The position numbers were made by a program, and so were the translations under genes. A stretch of 63,892 nt of DNA, filler included, from Pirum gemmata (Eukaryota), in the NCBI GenBank assembly GCA_002812295.1. It is 18 parts of 18 records of this genome, joined end to end, with 100 filler letters (N's around TTAATTAATTAA, not from the genome) between each part and the next. Parts side by side here need not be neighbours in the genome. Positions count along the whole stretch, not along the records: positions 1 to 3,491 come from PDIN01002499.1; positions 3,592 to 7,082 come from PDIN01002500.1; positions 7,183 to 10,676 come from PDIN01002501.1; positions 10,777 to 14,233 come from PDIN01002502.1; 14 more parts are not named here. One strand, 5' to 3'. Every line of letters begins with the position of its first letter. Position 1 is the stretch's first letter. Of this stretch, positions 1 through 11,539 are shown one piece after another. The notes under the pieces are model-generated. The model was given only the letters and a program-made list of their open reading frames with translations. It was not told the DNA's origin and ran no database searches.

Positions 1-64
1 TCAGTTAATTCTGGAATTATTGGTGGGGGAGAATTTGTAGTAGATTTGACATTCAGTTAATGGG

Positions 65-97
<33 letters not shown>

Positions 98-295
98 TAT
101 TATTATTAATTATTATTAATTATTATTTATTATTATTTATTATTATTTATTAGTATTATTTGTTATTATTTATTTTGTTTATAATTAATTTGTTATTTTA
201 TTCATCAATACCATAATATGTATATTATTTATTATTATTTCTTGTTATTTATATATAAATTTGATACTAAAATTGATTATAACCAAAATCAACAG

Positions 296-2414
296 ACTTT
301 CAACTATTGTAAACGCAACGAAAATCGCTGTTGTTAGTGATGGTCATATTATCGAAATAGGCAATCACCAAGAATTAATGGGAATAGAAAATGGGAATTA
401 TCGTAGAATGAAAGAAATGCAAGATTTGCATTTAGAAGAAGAAACAGAGGATATGAACGCTGATTTACAATACGCTTCTGACAGAAAACAATCTGACAGA
501 AAGGTTTCTACTCGTTCTGAAATAAGAAAAGCGTCCAGCCGTAGTAAAAAAGGAGATTACGAAGAACAAGAAGATAGTCAAGATGACGAGAGTGATAGTT
601 TGAGTTTAGATGCGGATGGCAAAAAGAAAAAGAAAAAGAAAAAAGAGGACGACCCAGGTATGAGTGTAGTGAAACGTGCGTTTAAAATGAACTCTCCTGA
701 ATGGGCTTGGATACTTATGGGCTGTTTCGGTTGTGTTCTTAATGGTATGCTTTGGCCAGTGTTTTCCTTAGTGTTTTCCTCAATGTTGGGTGCGTATTTA
801 AGTAACGATCAGGACGAAGTGAATAAATGGACTTTAATATTTGTTGGCTTAGCTGTTGGTGCCGCTGTTGGTAATCTTTTATCCATGTATGCTATTGGTG
901 TGGCTGGGGAACGTCTGACAAGAAGAATGAGATTGGAGTCATTTAAAAAACTGGTTCGTCAACCTATATATTGGTTTGACAATTCTGATAATTCTGTGGG
1001 GGTATTAACAACCAGGTTAAGTTCTGATGCAACTTTGGTTCGTGGATTGACTGGTGATTCCTTTTCTATCTTTATAACTCAAATTGTAACCCTAATTACC
1101 GGGCTAGTTATTGCTTTTACCGCTTGTCCAAAATTAGCGGCAGTGGTTTTGGCTTGCTTGCCTGTGTTGGGTGGCGCGTCTATGGTTCAGATGAAATTAA
1201 TGTCAGGGTTTATGGAAGACGGTGCTAAAGTTTACGAAGAAGCGGGTAAAATTGCTTCGGAGGCTGTAGACAATATAACAACCGTCAACGCTTTAAATTC
1301 GGGCTACTTTTTCTTGAAAAAATATTCCGATCAGTTAGAAAAACCCAAAAAAGCAAATTTTATGAAAGCCCAAGTAGCTGCTGTGATATTTGGCTTTGCC
1401 GAGTTTTCCATGTTTGCAATTTGGGCGTTAGCTTTTTGGTATGGCGGTGAATTGGTTAATTCTGGGGAATGTAGTTTTGATGATATGATGAAGGCTATCT
1501 CGGCCATTATTTTTGGGGCTATGACATTAGGTCAAATTTCTGCTATGGCACCAGATGCCGCTGCTGGCCGAGTAGCTGCTGGTAAAGTATTCGGTTACCT
1601 AGATTTAAAGTCCGATATTGATATTGAAGACGAAAATGGTGAAAAACCTGATACCATTACGGGCGACGTCTCCTTTAACGAAATTGCCTTTGTTTACCCA
1701 ACTAGACCCGATGTGAATGTGTTGAAATCCGCTTCTTGTCAAATCAATAACGGAGCTACCATGGCTTTGGTGGGAGAATCAGGGTGTGGTAAAAGTACAC
1801 TTATTTCTCTAATGGAACAGTTTTACAAACCAGCTGGAGGTTATATTGCTATTGATAACAAACCTATCACTGATTACAATTTGAAATACATTCGTTCGCA
1901 AATTGGTATTGTTAGTCAAGAACCAGATTTGTTTAACAAAACTGTCCGTGAAAACATTGCCTATGGGTTTGGAAAAACTGAGGGGGTAGTAGTTACTGAT
2001 GAACAGATTGAATGGGCTGCCAAAAAGGCCAACGCACACGATTTTATCATGAAATTACCTGAAGGTTACGATAGTCCCGTTGGGGAAAGGGGTGGTTTGT
2101 TGAGTGGTGGGCAAAAACAACGGGTCGCCATCGCCAGAGCTTTGGTTAGAGATCCAAAGATTTTGTTGTTGGATGAAGCAACCAGTGCTTTGGATAGTGA
2201 AAGTGAAAGAGTAGTACAAAAGGCCTTAGACGCTGCCACTGAAGGTAGAACTACTATTGTCATTGCTCACCGTTTAGCTTCCATAGCAAATTCCGACAAA
2301 ATCTGCGTAATTGGCCAAGGTCAAGTTATGGAGAGTGGAACTCATTCTGATTTAATTAGCAAGAAAGGTCCTTACTACAATTTAGTGGTTGCCCAGAGTG
2401 GTACAAATAATTAA
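296..2414 (+). CDS. ABCB1: ABCB1/MDR (P-glycoprotein)-type full transporter, terminal exon: end of NBD1, linker, TMD2, NBD2; 5' part lies outside the contig
   Basis: Acceptor AACAG at 291-295 followed by LSTIVNA; TM bundle; Walker A GESGCGKS; Q-loop VSQEP; signature LSGGQKQRVAIARAL; Walker B ILLLDEATSALD; H-loop IAHRL; TAA stop. Confidence 0.95.
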
Positions 2415-2669
2415 AATACATACTTGAACAATGAAATTATTAAAAAATAATTAATTTACATAATAATAAATTTGTTATTTAGTCAAATATAAATCATCCT
2501 TTTCAGTTGTCCTGCATTTAATATGTAAATATTCGAGTTTGATGTTTTCGAATAGTATCTCCTAAATAAAAAATGGATAGAATCGGAAAAAAAAGTCTAG
2601 AAAAGTAAAAAAAAAATAATAATTTAATTTTTGAAACCTTATTTTCAATTAACTATCATAGCGAAATAA

Positions 2670-3445
2670 ATAATTCTTACCACATTTATTTTTTAAAACT
2701 TAAAAACCAAGTTTCAATTCAATTTCGTAATAATTTTTCTTTTTTCTTTCTTTTTTATTACGTACAGCAAACAAAACCAATAAACTATTTCAGTTTTTCA
2801 ATTTTTTTTTAAATTAAGCAAAAAACCAACAAAGTCTCAATTCAATTATTTTCATAATAATTTTTATATAATTCTTACACATATTTTTTAAAACTTAGCA
2901 ATAAAGCTTCAATTCAATTGTTTTAATATAATTTTTATTTTTTATTTTTTATTTTTATTAAGCAAACAAAACCAATAAAATTTCTATTTTTCATTTTTTT
3001 TTTAAAATTAAGCAAAAAAACAAATTAAGTCTCAATTCAATTATTTTCATAATAATTTTCATTTTTCATTTTTTATTTTTTATTTAGAAAACAAAAACAA
3101 TTTCATAATAATTTTTCTTTTTTCTTTTTTCTGTTTCTTAGGCAAACAAAACCAATAAACTATTTTAATTATTCATTTTTTTTCTTTAACTAAGCAAAAA
3201 ACCAATTAAGTCTCAATTCAATTATTTTCATAATATTTTTTATAAAACTCTTACCACATTTATTTTTTAAAACTTAAGAAAATATCAATAAAGTTTCAAT
3301 TCAATTGTTTTTCATAATAATTTTTCTTTTTTCTTTTTTCTTTTTATTAAGCAAACAAAACCAAAAAACAGTTTTAAATTTTCAATTTTTTTTTAATTTA
3401 AGCAAAAAACTAGTAAAGTCTCAATTCAATTATTTTCATAATTAT
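2670..3445. repeat. Degenerate tandem repeat, about 4 units of ~190-210 bp
   Basis: GCAAACAAAACCAA(T/A)AAA near 2767, 2962, 3142, 3351; AAGTCTCAATTCAATTATTTTCATAA near 2832, 3027, 3208, 3416. Confidence 0.8.
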
Positions 3446-3491
3446 TTTTATTTTTTTTATATACCCCTAACCCTATTTCAAATTTTCAACA

Positions 3492-3591
3492 NNNNNNNNN
3501 NNNNNNNNNNNNNNNNNNNNNNNNNNNNNNNNNNNTTAATTAATTAANNNNNNNNNNNNNNNNNNNNNNNNNNNNNNNNNNNNNNNNNNNN
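3492..3591. other. Artificial contig linker N-TTAATTAATTAA-N (first of 17; others near 7127, 10721, 14278, 17823, 21417, 24978, 28565, 32098, 35653, 39252, 42608, 46159, 49679, 53236, 56761, 60366)
   Basis: Identical 12-mer with stops in all six frames, between N runs of equal length, roughly every 3.5 kb. Confidence 0.98.
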
Positions 3592-3854
3592 AAGAAAAAA
3601 AAAGGCATTAATAATTAAGAAAAAAAATCTTTAATTTTAATTAAAAAAAAAATAAACAATTTTTAGCAATTTTATCAGTTATAATCATAGTTATAAATCG
3701 TTATACTATATATACAAAAATAATAAAAATAATAATAATAATATAAAAAAAATAATTAAAAAATAAGTAAAGAAAAAAAATAAAATCAATTTTCTTTAGT
3801 TTATTATCACTATCACTATTTTTTTAAAATTCTTATATTATATTATAAATTAAA

Positions 3855-6305
3855 ATGCAATTTTTTGCCGTAATAGTTTGCGGTGTAGCGACTGCCTTCG
3901 GGGCTACAGCGAACAACGATTCTTTTAAAATTGGTTTAAGAACTTTGATCATCTCGAATGATGCAGGTTTGGATGAATTACCAACTGGTATGATTACTGG
4001 TTATGGAGCTAAATTCGATTTGCTTCGTGTAGTTGACGAAAACCAAAAGCCAGTCAAAGCAGTTCTTAACTTGTATAATGGAGAGAATCCAAAATATAAC
4101 AGTATCGTGATGTTATCTCCAGATATTCCTGTTCATGATGAAGTTCGAGACTTATGGCCAAGAGGCTTGACTGATGCTCAATTTGCCGAGTTACACGAAT
4201 ATAAAACTAAATATGGTGTAAGGTCTGTATTTTTAACTTCTAGCTCTAATGTTGATGAAGCTTTAATCCCTGTGGGAAGTGGGACTGCTGCGTTTTCTGA
4301 CCTTAGATTTACCCAAGACAATTATGTTACTGAGTTTAACTCTAATATCAGACCTAACGCTACTTTCAAACTGGGCCAAGAATATGAAATGATGAGTGAG
4401 GAAATTAAATTTTATCAATACCCTTGTAAACTAAATGCTACTAGCAATGCTGATGGGCGTATTAAAGTATTTATGGAAAGTAAACCTCAAAATCAAACAA
4501 ACTATGATGCTGATCCTGTTGTAGCTGCTTTTACTAGAACTATTCCTAAAAATGGAACTAACTTTGGATTAGAAGAAATGCACTTTACTTTTACTGCTAA
4601 CCATGGCACGCATCACGGTTTAGCTTTAGCCGATATTTGGTATCCTTGGGTTACTAAAGGTATCTTTCAAGGTCAACGTCGTACTTTATTGAATACCCAT
4701 GTTGATGATTACATGATTGCTACTGATTTATACAACACCTATTACACACCGGGAAATACTTACAGAAATAGTGCTAATGATTTGAAAAAATTAGTGGCAT
4801 TTCAAGCGGACAGAAACGCAAGATGGGGCAGGGGTTCCAATTTTACTTTTGAATTAGCTTTTAATGCTATTGGTTATGATGGCGACGAAGGTGTAGTGAA
4901 AGATGATTCCACTGAAAAATTGAACAATGCTACTTTCCGTCTAAGAGATTCTTTCTTATGGGTATCTCACACATGGAGTCATATGGATCTGTATTGTGTT
5001 GAAAGTAACTGTACTGCCCCCGATGTTTTACCACCTCCATTGACTTGCTTTGACTGGTCCAAAGAAACTTGCACCTACCCTCCTAGAGAAGATACTGATG
5101 GTTTGTTTGAACCTGTTTATCCAAAAAGTGGTTATTCTCCATACGAATTCATTACATACGAATTAACGAGAAATTTATATTGGGCTGAAACAGTTTTATT
5201 CAGAGACTTGACCAAAGAGCAAATGGCAAACTCTCCTGTATGGTCCCCTAACTCCATTGTTACCCCTCGTATTTCTGGTATGAATTATACAGTCGCTATA
5301 CAAGCTTTATTGGAAGCTGGTCATTACACTGCAGTTGGTGACAACTCTCGCAAGGATTTGGAACCTGATAACCCTTGGCATGGATTTCAATCTAGACCTA
5401 AAGCAATGGCAAATGGTGTACCATACAACGGTCACTTTGAACGGGTTGCCAATAAAACCGGTTTATTCGTTATTCCGAGATTTGCCACTCGTATCTACTT
5501 TGACGTTTCTACTCCAGATGAAAGTGCTGCTGAACACAACACCTTTTACGGTCCTTTATGTTTAGGTTGGAATCAAACTGGCCCTTTGAGTTTCGCTGGG
5601 CCTCCCGAAGAAGGTGACGGACCAGCTGATTTGACTAAATTGGGTTTAAAATGTAACACTACTACTTTTAAATATGAAAAGGATTTAACCTTTGAGCAAA
5701 TGTTAGAAGTAGAAAGTTATGAAAACGCTCGTAATTTATTACAATATCGTGCTGAGCCATACATGTTTCATCAAGCAAATTTGAGACATTATGATGGAGT
5801 AAATTGTTTATTATGTAGATGGATCGATGCTGTTGTTGCTAACGTTCACAAGTACAATGTTAATCCAATCTTGACTTACAAATTAGATGATCTGGAAAAG
5901 TTTTTCAGAGAAAGAATGGAAGTGGATACTTGTGATGCTGATGTATACGTTGAATACAGAAATGGTAAACCAATTCGTATCAACTTAAACACTGAACAAG
6001 TTGAAAGTTGTAAAACAAGACTTACTGTTACTAAAACTCAAGGTAATGAAGAATTAATGAAGTTCGGGAAAGACGAAGATAAAGATAAATTTAAATACAC
6101 TTGGGTAGATGAGTATGGTGTTGATCGTACTTATTATTATCAAGTGAGCAGTAGTCAGCCAGTTAACGAACAAATAAATCCAGCTATCGTTCTTGATGAA
6201 AATAAAACTAACGGTAAGACTAACGGCAAGACTAACGATAACGGATCCAGTCAATTAACCATTCCAAGTCTATTTTTATCCATCCTATTATATACCTTTG
6301 CTTAA
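3855..6305 (+). CDS. agd3: Agd3-like (carbohydrate esterase family 18) polysaccharide deacetylase, secreted and probably GPI-anchored
   Basis: Intronless 816 aa ORF with N-terminal signal peptide; motifs RRTLLNTHVDD, WVSHTWSH, IPRFATRIY and YMFHQANLR recalled from Agd3-family proteins; hydrophobic C-terminal tail LTIPSLFLSILLYTFA after a polar spacer. Confidence 0.8.
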   Translation: MQFFAVIVCGVATAFGATANNDSFKIGLRTLIISNDAGLDELPTGMITGYGAKFDLLRVVDENQKPVKAVLNLYNGENPKYNSIVMLSPDIPVHDEVRDLWPRGLTDAQFAELHEYKTKYGVRSVFLTSSSNVDEALIPVGSGTAAFSDLRFTQDNYVTEFNSNIRPNATFKLGQEYEMMSEEIKFYQYPCKLNATSNADGRIKVFMESKPQNQTNYDADPVVAAFTRTIPKNGTNFGLEEMHFTFTANHGTHHGLALADIWYPWVTKGIFQGQRRTLLNTHVDDYMIATDLYNTYYTPGNTYRNSANDLKKLVAFQADRNARWGRGSNFTFELAFNAIGYDGDEGVVKDDSTEKLNNATFRLRDSFLWVSHTWSHMDLYCVESNCTAPDVLPPPLTCFDWSKETCTYPPREDTDGLFEPVYPKSGYSPYEFITYELTRNLYWAETVLFRDLTKEQMANSPVWSPNSIVTPRISGMNYTVAIQALLEAGHYTAVGDNSRKDLEPDNPWHGFQSRPKAMANGVPYNGHFERVANKTGLFVIPRFATRIYFDVSTPDESAAEHNTFYGPLCLGWNQTGPLSFAGPPEEGDGPADLTKLGLKCNTTTFKYEKDLTFEQMLEVESYENARNLLQYRAEPYMFHQANLRHYDGVNCLLCRWIDAVVANVHKYNVNPILTYKLDDLEKFFRERMEVDTCDADVYVEYRNGKPIRINLNTEQVESCKTRLTVTKTQGNEELMKFGKDEDKDKFKYTWVDEYGVDRTYYYQVSSSQPVNEQINPAIVLDENKTNGKTNGKTNDNGSSQLTIPSLFLSILLYTFA

Positions 6306-6589
6306 AAGGATGATTTACTACTAAAATATTTATTATGTTATTGAAAAAATAAAAACATTTTATATAATTGATATTTTATTATTTAATTTTCTATCGTATG
6401 ATATTAAATTCTGAAAAAATAGAAATAACTAGATATTATATACTACTGTTTTTGTTTTTCAGAATTTTTCAGAAACAATTAATTTGTTTTTTTTTAAAAA
6501 TATCATATCATTTAAAAATTAATCATTAAAAAAAAAAGTCATTTATTATTGTTATTATAAGCATTAAAAATAGAATGTCACCGCTTCCT

Positions 6590-6889
6590 CTAGTATTTTC
6601 CAGATAGAATGTCAAAGTTAAAAATTTGGTCATTTAATTCCCAAAGCTGTGATTCACTCATATCCAATAAAGGAACGTGATTTTTAGTAAAATTACTAAA
6701 ATCACCATCATCGATTAATGAAACTAACGAAAACTCTGATTCATTTCTTGAAAATAAAAACGCTCCTGCATCATTATCAACAACATCGGCACCAACATTA
6801 ATAGCCCCATGGTTAAATCTCGACAACTGAATATCACTATTACTTTTAAAAAGTTTATTTATTTTTCTTACAGCTGATGGTTGTTGGTA

Positions 6890-6937
<48 letters not shown>

Positions 6938-7082
6938 GATATTATCAATATTATACTCTAGTTTGTTTCTGAATTTGGAAGCTTTACACAAGTAAACAAT
7001 TAAACTTTGGGGTCTCTTGATTTGATTATTATTAGTTTTATTTCTCTTGATTTGATTATTATTATTATTATTATCATTATTA
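6590..7082 (-). CDS. 3' end of an Asn-rich protein of unknown function, truncated by the contig edge
   Basis: Frame appears open from the contig edge (NNQIKRPQSLIVYLCKASK...) to TAG at 6590; the C-terminal ~95 aa are not low-complexity. Confidence 0.45.
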
Positions 7083-7424
7083 NNNNNNNNNNNNNNNNNN
7101 NNNNNNNNNNNNNNNNNNNNNNNNNNTTAATTAATTAANNNNNNNNNNNNNNNNNNNNNNNNNNNNNNNNNNNNNNNNNNNNTAATAATAATTATTATTA
7201 TTATTATTAAAATAATTATTAAAATTATTATTAAAATTATTATTAAAATTATTATTAAAATTGTTATTAAAATTGTTGTTGTTGCCGTTGTTGTTGTTGT
7301 CTTTATAATTATCATTATTGACAATGCTACTGTTGTTGTAATACTCCATATTGTCGTGAATTCCCAACATACTTTAAATCAAAAAACACAAATATAATAG
7401 TTTTTATACATTATTAATTTATTA

Positions 7425-7750
7425 TGTTATTGTTGTTACTATGTTATTGTTATTGTTAGTGTCATTGCTATTGTTATTGTTATTGTTATTGTTATTGTTA
7501 TTGTTATTGTTATTGTTATTGTTATTATTGTTATTATTGTTATTGTTATTGTTATTGTTATTGTTATTGTTATTGTTACTGTTATTGTTATTGTTATTGT
7601 TATTGTTATTGTTATTGTTATTGTTATTGTTATTTTTATTATTGTTATTATTGTTATTATTGTTATTGTTATTGTTATTGTTATTGTTATTGTTATTGTT
7701 ACTGTTATTGTTATTGTTATTGTTATTGTTATTGTTACTTTTATTGTTAG
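7425..7750. repeat. (TTGTTA)n microsatellite
   Basis: Direct reading of the sequence. Confidence 0.95.
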
Positions 7751-8924
7751 TAACAATGGAGATGAATAACTTAATAGCTTAATTGACTGTATATATCAAT
7801 ACTTTTACAATACTGTTAGTAATATAATAATAAATAATAGTTAAATAATTCATTTTTATTGTAGTGATAAATACTTTATAATATCATATTATTATAAAAA
7901 TAGTATCATAGTTCAATAAAAATATTGCTGAAAGTTTGCTGAAGGTGATAAAAAAAATCCGTATTATGGCAAAAGCACCTTATAAATGACAAACTATCGG
8001 CAAAATGAAGAAAAATTCGAGATATTCCAAAAATGTTTTACTATTAAATAATCAAAAAAAAAAAAGCTTTTCGAAACTTTTTCGAACTTAAAGATTGCTA
8101 TTTTAAAAACTTGGTAACGACTAGAATTTTTTTACCGTTTATAATAGTCTTTTTCTTCTAAAAATGTGTGTGTTCATTACATTTTTAGCTCGATTTTCAA
8201 TATAAATAAACTGTTTACCCAAACACTCCCAAAGCCCTACCCTAACCCTAATCCCTAACCTAGATCTTTAACCCTAAACCTGTTTTTTTAATACCTAGAC
8301 CTAACACTATAAAGCAGACCAGCTTTTTTCCTTATTCTAATTATTTTTCTTTTAATTTTCGATCGAATCCGTCACCTGGTTTTCCATTTTTTCTATACAA
8401 AAAGTACCAAATTCTTTTTATGACTTACCAAATTAGAATTGAATTTAAAATTTAAAATTTATTAACTTTATATAGATATACAGTTACTTTTTTTAGAATA
8501 TTTTTTGAATGATTATTTTTAGGAAATTTAATCAAGTTTACTTTGTCACTCTTATTATTAATTTGGTAGTTTTAATTTCATAATCCTTGTCTTCAACTTT
8601 AAAAAATTAGCAAATTATACCAAATTAAGTAAATAAGGTTTTTATTGTTTTATGTTGGTACTCTTTTATTTATATTTTTTTAAAAAGGTTGCGATTTGGG
8701 GGTTAGCCTTCTGCTAGCTAGCTAGCTAGTCTAGTCTATCATTTAGTAGTCTAGTCTAGACCCCCCACTGAGAGACCCCCCCCATCTACGATAGTTCTCT
8801 ACCGAGGTAGCCTAAAAGGGGTAGCTAGAAAGGGGTATCTCTAGCTAGCTGTTATCCAGAGCTGGTATCCAACTCTCTAGCTAGACTAGTAGCTACTAGC
8901 TAGCTATAGTTAGCTACTATAGTT

Positions 8925-8970
8925 GGTTAGGGTTAGGGTTAGGGTTAGGGTTAGGGTTAGGGTTAGGGTT
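8925..8970 (+). repeat. Interstitial (TTAGGG)n tract
   Basis: About 7 perfect hexamers in the middle of a contig. Confidence 0.9.
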
Positions 8971-9113
8971 TATCGTATCATAATATTATTACTATCGATA
9001 GCATATTATTATTATGATATCGATATGATAATATTGTAATATTATTATCGATAGCCAAACTTCCGTCGTGACTCTACTCTAGTAGCTAACTTCTAGCTAG
9101 CTACTATAGTCTA

Positions 9114-9298
9114 GTACTTTTAATTTATTTTGTCACCTCAAATTTTTATTTGGTTGGTTATAATATTTAAATTGACTTCTTTAAATTAACAAATAGATAA
9201 TAAAATATACCAAATTAAATGAAATGGATTTATATTGTGTTAATTTGCTACTTTTTATTGTATATTTTATGATGACAAAACAACTGAAAAACACGATA
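9114..9298 (-). mobile_element. MITE-like family B copy
   Basis: Reverse complement of 16254-16462; ends GATGACAAAACAACTGAAAAACACGATA. Confidence 0.8.
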
Positions 9299-10562
9299 CT
9301 AGTAGTAGTAGTAGGTAGGAGTCTAGGATTATACTTTTGATTATTATTCACATTTTTTGACTCGATAGCAGGATACCATTCGAGACCATTTTAATATTAC
9401 ATCGATCCGAGTCAAAAAATATGAAGGCAAGCTTTCACAGGCAAGGACTAGTCTACCGGTATCATACAAGGGTAGTTTACTGAGGGGTAGTCAGGGGTAG
9501 TTTTTAAAAGCGATTTTCCTATATATGGAAAACTCGGATTTAACATCCCGCCCGACTACCTATCGAGCTAGTAGTAGCTAGCTAGAGACACCTGCCTGGT
9601 AATTCTTTGGTATCACTACTTTGGTATAAGTAAATGATTTGAATGCCAGTTGGTTTTTTAACTAAGTGTTGTAATTTTCATAATGATACTTTGTTGTAGA
9701 AATATTTGTTTTCAAACTTTGTTTCTAGTATTATAGCGTTATGGTCGTTGTTGTGGATATTGTTGGAGTTGTCGTCTATATTCGGATTAGTATAATATAT
9801 TAAAACATGTAATATTTTTTTGATGTAGCTATAGCTTAGCTATAACTTAGCCATTCAGTCTACGGTAGTCTTACAGGTTTGTCTATGTTCAAAGATTTTT
9901 AGTTTGACTTCTGTTGGAAATTCTTTGGAACAGTATTAACATTGAAAAGGTTGGGTTTTCGACGTCCACTGTCTTGTGTGTTTTACATCGAAAAATTCGT
10001 AGTTATAATATTTTAATTAAAACTCTATTCTAATGGCATGGGATATAAATAGGGTTAGGCATTCAGTCAGTTTTCTCTACTCTATAGGCAGTAGGTTAAA
10101 TTACAGTATCATAATTATCATACACATGGAATGTGAGGGAACAGGAGAATTAAAAGAATTGCCTGGAATTATTTCGAAGAGCAATAATATACATAGCATA
10201 GAACACAGATTTCAGTTTTAATTTGACAAGTGTCTCCAAAAGAATCATAACAATATTGATATTAATATCATTCTAAAGCTTACGAGTTACTTTAAAAAAA
10301 GAACCAGATGTGGATGTTTGGACCGCTACATGTGACGAAATGTATCATATCAACCGTTATTATGGTCTAGTGTGCATCATATAATCACAATGATGATACA
10401 TAATCTCCCTATGGTCATCATCCGTGTCGTTAAAACTAATATTTTATTACAAAATCCAAAAATTGAAATTGGAATTAATTTTATATTATATTATATCTAG
10501 AAATTTTATATCGCGTTTTGCAATAGTTGTCCAGTTTTTACTAGCTAATCTACCTTAGCTAT

Positions 10563-10676
10563 TATCGTGCTTTTCAGTTATTTTGTCGTCATAAAATATA
10601 CATTAAATAGTACCAAATTAATACAATATAAATCCATTTCATTTAATTTGGTATATTTTATTATATATATTTATTT
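10563..10676 (+). mobile_element. MITE-like family B copy, cut by the contig end
   Basis: Starts TATCGTGCTTTTCAGTTATTTTGTCGTC and carries the core TACCAAATTAATACAATATAAATCCATTTCATTTAATTTGGTA. Confidence 0.8.
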
Positions 10677-11028
10677 NNNNNNNNNNNNNNNNNNNNNNNN
10701 NNNNNNNNNNNNNNNNNNNNTTAATTAATTAANNNNNNNNNNNNNNNNNNNNNNNNNNNNNNNNNNNNNNNNNNNNCTGAAAATAGAGTTTTTTCAAAAA
10801 ATTCTAACGTCCCAGGAATAAGCAGCGAAATTACCAAAAACAGAGTGTCACTTCTCCTATTTTTTTTGGGTAGATTCTCGCAAGATTTTTTTTTTTTTTT
10901 GCCAAACGGGTTAGAATTTTGAAATTCTCACGAGAAAAAAAAATTCACATGGTAAAAATCGACAAAAAAAAAGTTGCCAAAAACCCTATTATTATTATTA
11001 TTATTTTATTCTTTTTTATTTTCTTTTA

Positions 11029-11140
11029 ACTGTAGAAATCATTTTTTTAAGATTCGTTTTCTAAAAAAAACCTTTAATACTAACTAGCCGAATTATTTTT
11101 AAAAACTAGTCATTTGTTCATAATATAATTTCTTAGTTAG
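11029..11140 (+). mobile_element. MITE-like family E partial copy
   Basis: Shares ACTGTAGAAATCATTTTTTT...TAACTAGCCGAATTATTTTTAAAAACTAG with 19924, 33111 and 61221. Confidence 0.65.
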
Positions 11141-11363
11141 ACAATTTCTTATATTAAGCGAAAATATATTATATGATAACCATTAAGCGAAAATATAATT
11201 AACCGACAAAAAATAAAAAAAGCGTCCTGAATATATATAATTTTGACGTCATCCATGCTAGCCCTATACTTTAGCTAGTATACTTTAGTCCCTGGTTATA
11301 ATAATTATAATTAACTAAAATTGGATTCGATTGAATATTTTTTTTATGTAGATTTATTATTCG

Positions 11364-11427
<64 letters not shown>

Positions 11428-11539
11428 TTTGTGGTCTTTGCTTTTTTTATTTGGTAATTTGAATTTTAAAATTAATGTTTTTTAATAAAATAAATAAATA
11501 TAAAAAAATTATCAATTTTCTCAAATTGTATCCATTAAC

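Noticed and set aside
7439..7782. Poly-Leu and Ile-Thr ORFs (likewise poly-V, C, T ORFs at 18372-18955, 31064-31632, 36434-39205 minus, 56855-58809, 63190-63419)
   Set aside because: Translations of microsatellites or antisense shadows of real genes.
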